Of a stretch of 64,000 nt of DNA, positions 59,533-64,000 are shown piece by piece. The stretch comes from a virus. Every line of letters starts with the position of its first letter. Position 1 is the stretch's first letter. The stretch covers positions 32,001-96,000 of the IMG/VR virus record IMGVR_UViG_3300021142_000007; one strand, written 5' to 3'. The notes beneath the pieces are model-generated. The model did not search any database and was not told the DNA's origin. It saw only the letters and a program-made list of their open reading frames with translations. The position numbers were made by a program, and so were the translations under genes.

Positions 59533-59801
59533 TTTAGTATTTTAACAATCTTCATATCAATTGAGTCACCAACACAATAAGCCTTATGTCCACTATGAAA
59601 AACATGACCATACTTAGTGAAGTATATCAAGCGTGTTTCTGGTATAAAGTCATAAGGCTTATCGACACCAATGCTATCAACCCTAACCCTAATCGTTGTA
59701 TACTTAAGAGGTGGTGAAGCAATGAAAGAAATCGAAAATATGACCAAAGCAAAGAATGCTATTAGCAATCCAAGTATTATGTTTTTTGAGTCTTTGACCA
59801 T
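59529..59801 (-). CDS. membrane-anchored hypothetical protein
   Basis: N-terminal TM segment. Confidence 0.6.
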   Translation of the reverse strand: MVKDSKNIILGLLIAFFALVIFSISFIASPPLKYTTIRVRVDSIGVDKPYDFIPETRLIYFTKYGHVFHSGHKAYCVGDSIDMKIVKILK

Positions 59802-59849
59802 GTGTTGTTGTTTAATGCGAAGGTAAGTAATAATTTCGTAACTTCAAAA

Positions 59850-60470
59850 TTATTTCGTAGCAAATTTTGTCATAAAGATAGAAATGAGTATCATTTGGAC
59901 CTGCTTATCCAGCAAGTCATTGGTATTGGTGAATTTCATATCTTCGTTTACAATCACAAAATCAGACATAAGGATTTTATGGTCATCAGAAATCTGAGCA
60001 TTCATTTTTTGGAGTACTTCTTCTAGGTTCATGTTATCCCTTGCCATAACTCTTTTAACCCTTGTAATCTTATCAGCAATTACCGATACCACGTAGTCAA
60101 AGTTTTTATCAGCATGTGTTTCAAACAAGATGGCTGATTCAAGGATTACCATGTCATGACCCTCGGATTCTTTTTCAGCAACAAATTTTTCAAACCTTTC
60201 AGCCACATAAGGAGTTATAAGAGCGTTTACTTCAGATAGGATTCTTTTATCACCGAAGACCCTAGCTCTCATTTTGGTTCTATTGATTTCACCATCAACC
60301 AGTATGTCATGGCCTACGATATCCAAAAACGCTTGTCTTATCTCTGGATTCTTTTCAGCTTCTCTAGCTGTTAGGTCGCTGTTGAAGACTGGAATATCCT
60401 TGTCTTCAAATATCTTTGATATCGTTGTTTTTCCAGCCCCTATGGACCCTGTAATGCCTATCCTAATCAT
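59850..60470 (-). CDS. coaE: dephospho-CoA kinase
   Basis: IGITGSIGAGKTT, ESAILFE, RVKRVMARD, SDFVIVN. Confidence 0.92.
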   Translation of the reverse strand: MIRIGITGSIGAGKTTISKIFEDKDIPVFNSDLTAREAEKNPEIRQAFLDIVGHDILVDGEINRTKMRARVFGDKRILSEVNALITPYVAERFEKFVAEKESEGHDMVILESAILFETHADKNFDYVVSVIADKITRVKRVMARDNMNLEEVLQKMNAQISDDHKILMSDFVIVNEDMKFTNTNDLLDKQVQMILISIFMTKFATK

Positions 60471-60482
60471 AAGTAGTAGTTT

Positions 60483-61211
60483 TTAAAACGTACCAACGCT
60501 TGGTACGCCGTCTTTAATTATCAAGTATTCATCAACATCACCCAGACAATCAATCATTATGATGCTTGGGAAACTTTCGTTCAAGTATATTTTTTTTACT
60601 GGTGTATGTCCAACAACACAAACTATTTCCTTAACCATGTCATCAAATAGTGAACGTGGTCTTACCCATATAGGTCCCTGTGTTATATCATCACCAGTCA
60701 TACTCATATTTTCACCTATCGAAAACCCAAATACTCTTGGTTTATACTTCAAGAAGTCATTAATTTCGTTCACCATAACATCATTAACTTGTGGGTCTAT
60801 GTTATTAGGTGCCAGGGTAGCTTTAACCCAAGTCTTAGTAAGGCCAGCATGACTAAAGAAATACTTATCATGCATGTAGCACATTTGAATCAAGTCTTTA
60901 TTTATTGCGTGTTCAATTAGTTCACCTATTTCTAAGGCGTACCCTGCTTGATAACCAGAGTAGTCTTCACCGATATTTTTTATATAGTGAAAATCATGGT
61001 TACCAAATAATAGTATTACCCTATCTGGGTTAGCCTTCTTAAACTCAAGTATATCCTTGAAGTTTTCTATCTGACGATTCCCACTATAACCTCTATTACG
61101 AGTATCGAAGTAGTCACCGATAAATACATATAGGTCTGCATCATGTTCTTTGGCCACTATGGTCTTCCATTGAAGACGACCATGAGTGTCACCAATCGAA
61201 ATTATCTTCAT
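60483..61211 (-). CDS. calcineurin-like metallophosphoesterase
   Basis: GDTHG, GDYFD, GNHD, SHAG, WVRP, VGHT. Confidence 0.88.
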   Translation of the reverse strand: MKIISIGDTHGRLQWKTIVAKEHDADLYVFIGDYFDTRNRGYSGNRQIENFKDILEFKKANPDRVILLFGNHDFHYIKNIGEDYSGYQAGYALEIGELIEHAINKDLIQMCYMHDKYFFSHAGLTKTWVKATLAPNNIDPQVNDVMVNEINDFLKYKPRVFGFSIGENMSMTGDDITQGPIWVRPRSLFDDMVKEIVCVVGHTPVKKIYLNESFPSIIMIDCLGDVDEYLIIKDGVPSVGTF

Positions 61212-61388
61212 GATTATTTCTTGTTTACTCTTTTGATTAGCTTATCAATCGATGTGTCAGAAAGAACACCTTCAACCTTAGCTTTTGCTCCGCTAAAGAA
61301 TTCGATTGACTTATCGGTTGGGATAGCATACCAAGTATTGGTATATGTGTTGTTCCAGTAAAAATAGCTGTAGTTCTCGTGCATGGTT

Positions 61389-61574
61389 TTAGTTTTTATT
61401 TGTGAAGTTATTTTTTATCGTATCGTAAACATACCAACAAAGCATTGCGAATACTTCAAGACAAAAGAAGTCACCTAGCGTTACCTTACTTATCTGCCAT
61501 CTTAATACGATGTAAATCAATAATGCTGCCGCTAGGAGTATTTCAATTAGTGTTAGTAGTTTTGTCTGTTTCAT
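61389..61574 (-). CDS. small membrane protein
   Basis: Two hydrophobic segments. Confidence 0.55.
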   Translation of the reverse strand: MKQTKLLTLIEILLAAALLIYIVLRWQISKVTLGDFFCLEVFAMLCWYVYDTIKNNFTNKN

Positions 61575-62232
61575 TATATATCGTTACCTGTATTGGTATA
61601 TGTACAGGTTCATATCGGTAATTCACCGTACTAGCATTTATCAGTATGGCTCCAGAATCCATGTCAAATCTACCATATCCTTCATGGATATGACCGCTGA
61701 CATGTAGCTTTAGGTTTTTTAATTGTTCAACCCTAGTTCTAAGTCTTGGACAACCAGCCAAGTCACCGTGTGCTGTTGTATCCAAGTATCCCCTAATGGG
61801 TCCATGTGTTATAAGAATGTTCGTGTCATCTGGAATCATATCCCAATGAGGGGTGATTTCATCATCCTTACGATTGAACGCCCAATTATAAAACCAAGGC
61901 TGAACTGGACTACCCCAAATCTTGAAACCTTCGATTTCAACACCACTATCGTTAAGATACGTTATGCTAGGGTACTTAGCTAGCATATCGCTTATGTCTT
62001 TTTTAGACATATCTTCAAAATAGAAGTCATGATTACCTGCAATAAGTATCTTGTACTTGAAGTTTAGCCCATCATACCATTTCAAGAACCCCTCGACCTC
62101 ACTAGCATATCCACGACCAGACATATCTCCAGCATGGATTATCATATCGATTTCATTATTTTCATTTTTGATATGACGTTCATCGATTAACCAGTGTTTA
62201 TTATGGGTGTCGCTTATGCAGAGTATCTTCAT
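61543..62232 (-). CDS. metallophosphoesterase (MPPED/239FB-like)
   Basis: SDTH, HAGD, AGNHD, ITHGP, GHIHEGYG. Confidence 0.88.
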   Translation of the reverse strand: MKILCISDTHNKHWLIDERHIKNENNEIDMIIHAGDMSGRGYASEVEGFLKWYDGLNFKYKILIAGNHDFYFEDMSKKDISDMLAKYPSITYLNDSGVEIEGFKIWGSPVQPWFYNWAFNRKDDEITPHWDMIPDDTNILITHGPIRGYLDTTAHGDLAGCPRLRTRVEQLKNLKLHVSGHIHEGYGRFDMDSGAILINASTVNYRYEPVHIPIQVTIYNETDKTTNTN

Positions 62233-62636
62233 TTCTTCAATAATTCTTTTCCATTCTTAAGTAATTCTTCTAGTTCCCATGGAGTATACATTTCATGATA
62301 TTCTTCAAGGATTTTAGCCTTGTAGTCATCATGTAGCGTATCACCAAAAAATTTCTTGGTAACTTCAAGCTCGTATTCTAGGTCATGTATTTCTCTTTTT
62401 AGTTCGTTGTTCTCGTAGGTTATTTCATCGAAATCATCTTCGTCTATAAGATTACCGCCTAGTTTTTCGTAAACTTCACCAGCATAATGATTAAATAACC
62501 TTACGATTTCTTTTTCGGAATCAGCAGATTCTAGTTGTTTCATGAATAACGAACAAATATCAAAGTGTTCGTTTAGAAACGCTATTAGCAGCGTTTTAAA
62601 TTGGTTGAACGTATATTCTTTTGTATCAATATTCAT
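62229..62636 (-). CDS. hypothetical acidic protein
   Basis: ORF coupled to neighbours. Confidence 0.6.
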   Translation of the reverse strand: MNIDTKEYTFNQFKTLLIAFLNEHFDICSLFMKQLESADSEKEIVRLFNHYAGEVYEKLGGNLIDEDDFDEITYENNELKREIHDLEYELEVTKKFFGDTLHDDYKAKILEEYHEMYTPWELEELLKNGKELLKK

Positions 62637-63781
62637 TATGAAAAGTTTTGATTGTCATCGTTATATGTGTCTTCAACAGACTTGTTTTCATCTCTTAGCA
62701 TTTCACCAACCATACCACCAGCAAGGCTTCCACCTGCCATCTGACCCATGATAGCAGAATCGGTTGCATAACCAATCATAGCTGACGTTAAAAAGTCATC
62801 GTTTTGAACTATTTCACGCTGACCGAAATAATTTCTAACGTATGAGTCATCTTTTGTTACATAGAAACCATTTGCATCCCTTTCGGTGATGTTCTTTGCA
62901 ACAGGTGTGAAATCCTTTATGCGTTTAAGGTATTGACGGTCTTTCAAGTCACCATGCCATATATGGTATAGGTCACCCTTCACATAACCTACCTTGTTTT
63001 GTACTACGCTATTAAATCTAAGCGACCATTCGTTTACCGATTCAAGGTCTTCGGTGAATGACTTAGCAATACAAGAGTGACCTATTTGACCATACGCTGC
63101 ATGTGCTATGATATGGTCAGCACCTCCAACAAGAGCCTTGTCGTAAAGAGGAACGGCATCCAGAACTTCACGTCTAGCACCCCAAGCAAATCCAACATGA
63201 CCGTGCTGGTCATAATTTGAACTGTTAGCAAATGGTGGTTTTGTCGCACAGTTAGCTCCGAAGCTTCTCCATAATTTAGGATGTCTAAGCTCTGGTAGAC
63301 TTGCAAGAAGATATAACTGCTTAGTAACTTCGAAGTTAGGCTTGGTATCGTCTTGGTCCAAGTGGAAGCAGTATTCAAAAGGCTGAATGATATTATATGT
63401 TTGCAGTGCTTTAACACCATCAACCAACCAATTTTTATTGGTAAAGACAACATCGGCATCCAACCAAAAGATATACTTGTATTTTTTATCAAGAGACTTG
63501 ATGACGTTATTCAAGAGGGTTTCTTTGTGCCAAAGCAAGCTAGTTGTTTTTACGGTTTTGATGTTTTCGTTAGATGGCAATTGAGGCTTAGCGTCATCTA
63601 TCAGACACTCAATAATCCTATGATTGAGATGCTTTATCTCGTCATAGAAGATGTTGAATGCTTTGACCCTATACGGATTGTTCTGAGGATTAAAATAACA
63701 CGAAATTATGATAGCCTCAGAGTGTGTTTTGTGCTTATCAGCGTATAAAAAGTTGTTCTTGAATGCGTCTATGATATTCAT
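62636..63781 (-). CDS. GT-A fold glycosyltransferase-like protein
   Basis: WHKETLLN, WLDADV, GFAW, GGAD, HIWH motifs. Confidence 0.65.
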   Translation of the reverse strand: MNIIDAFKNNFLYADKHKTHSEAIIISCYFNPQNNPYRVKAFNIFYDEIKHLNHRIIECLIDDAKPQLPSNENIKTVKTTSLLWHKETLLNNVIKSLDKKYKYIFWLDADVVFTNKNWLVDGVKALQTYNIIQPFEYCFHLDQDDTKPNFEVTKQLYLLASLPELRHPKLWRSFGANCATKPPFANSSNYDQHGHVGFAWGARREVLDAVPLYDKALVGGADHIIAHAAYGQIGHSCIAKSFTEDLESVNEWSLRFNSVVQNKVGYVKGDLYHIWHGDLKDRQYLKRIKDFTPVAKNITERDANGFYVTKDDSYVRNYFGQREIVQNDDFLTSAMIGYATDSAIMGQMAGGSLAGGMVGEMLRDENKSVEDTYNDDNQNFS

Positions 63782-64000
63782 TTGTTTTTTTGTTTAACGC
63801 AAAGGTATGAAATTATTTTGACAACTACAAGCTTTACCAAATATTTTTTATAGCTTTTTCCGTTTCTTCTATTATCCTATCCTCATACCACATATCGAAG
63901 TATTTAATCATAAGCCACTTAGGCAGGTTTTTCTGACCAAAATAATAGGCACCAAGATGGTTGGTATCCATCGTTCCGTATATCGGGTGTTTTACTTCCC

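Noticed and set aside
57723-62232. Bacterial chromosome origin suggested by rpoD, smpB and coaE
   Set aside because: No bacterial operon context; surrounded by dense small phage-type ORFs
1-64000. Stop-codon reassignment as seen in some large Bacteroidota phages
   Set aside because: Recognisable genes are full length in code 11, and TAG and TGA act as stops

Overview
AT-rich (roughly 35% GC by eye), gene-dense segment that looks like a large or jumbo bacteriophage of a Bacteroidota host, using standard code 11. About 1-8.7 kb: mixed-strand genes, many preceded by an (A/G)TATTTAT motif (nucleases, LpxH-like phosphoesterase plus GT2, an NTase-GNAT fusion, probable virion proteins). About 8.7-8.9 kb: G-tract/repeat boundary. 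About 9-33 kb: dozens of small minus-strand genes, most with their own Bacteroidota promoter (TTTG-N19-21-TAnnTTTG), plus five copies of a promoter-driven structured small-RNA-like element, tRNA-Glu(UUC) and a tRNA-Leu-like gene with a 54-nt anticodon loop. About 33.8-46.6 kb: about 21 paralogous genes for short (Gly-X)n proteins sharing an M-E-I-x-S-Y-G-K-N-x-D leader, around a DUF6948-like gene and a duplicated two-gene module. About 47-64 kb: an anticodon-less tRNA-like gene followed by a multi-pseudoknot ncRNA candidate, a denV-like glycosylase, AAA ATPase, primary-type sigma70, SmpB, CoaE, metallophosphoesterases and a glycosyltransferase. Family names are from recalled motifs, not database searches.
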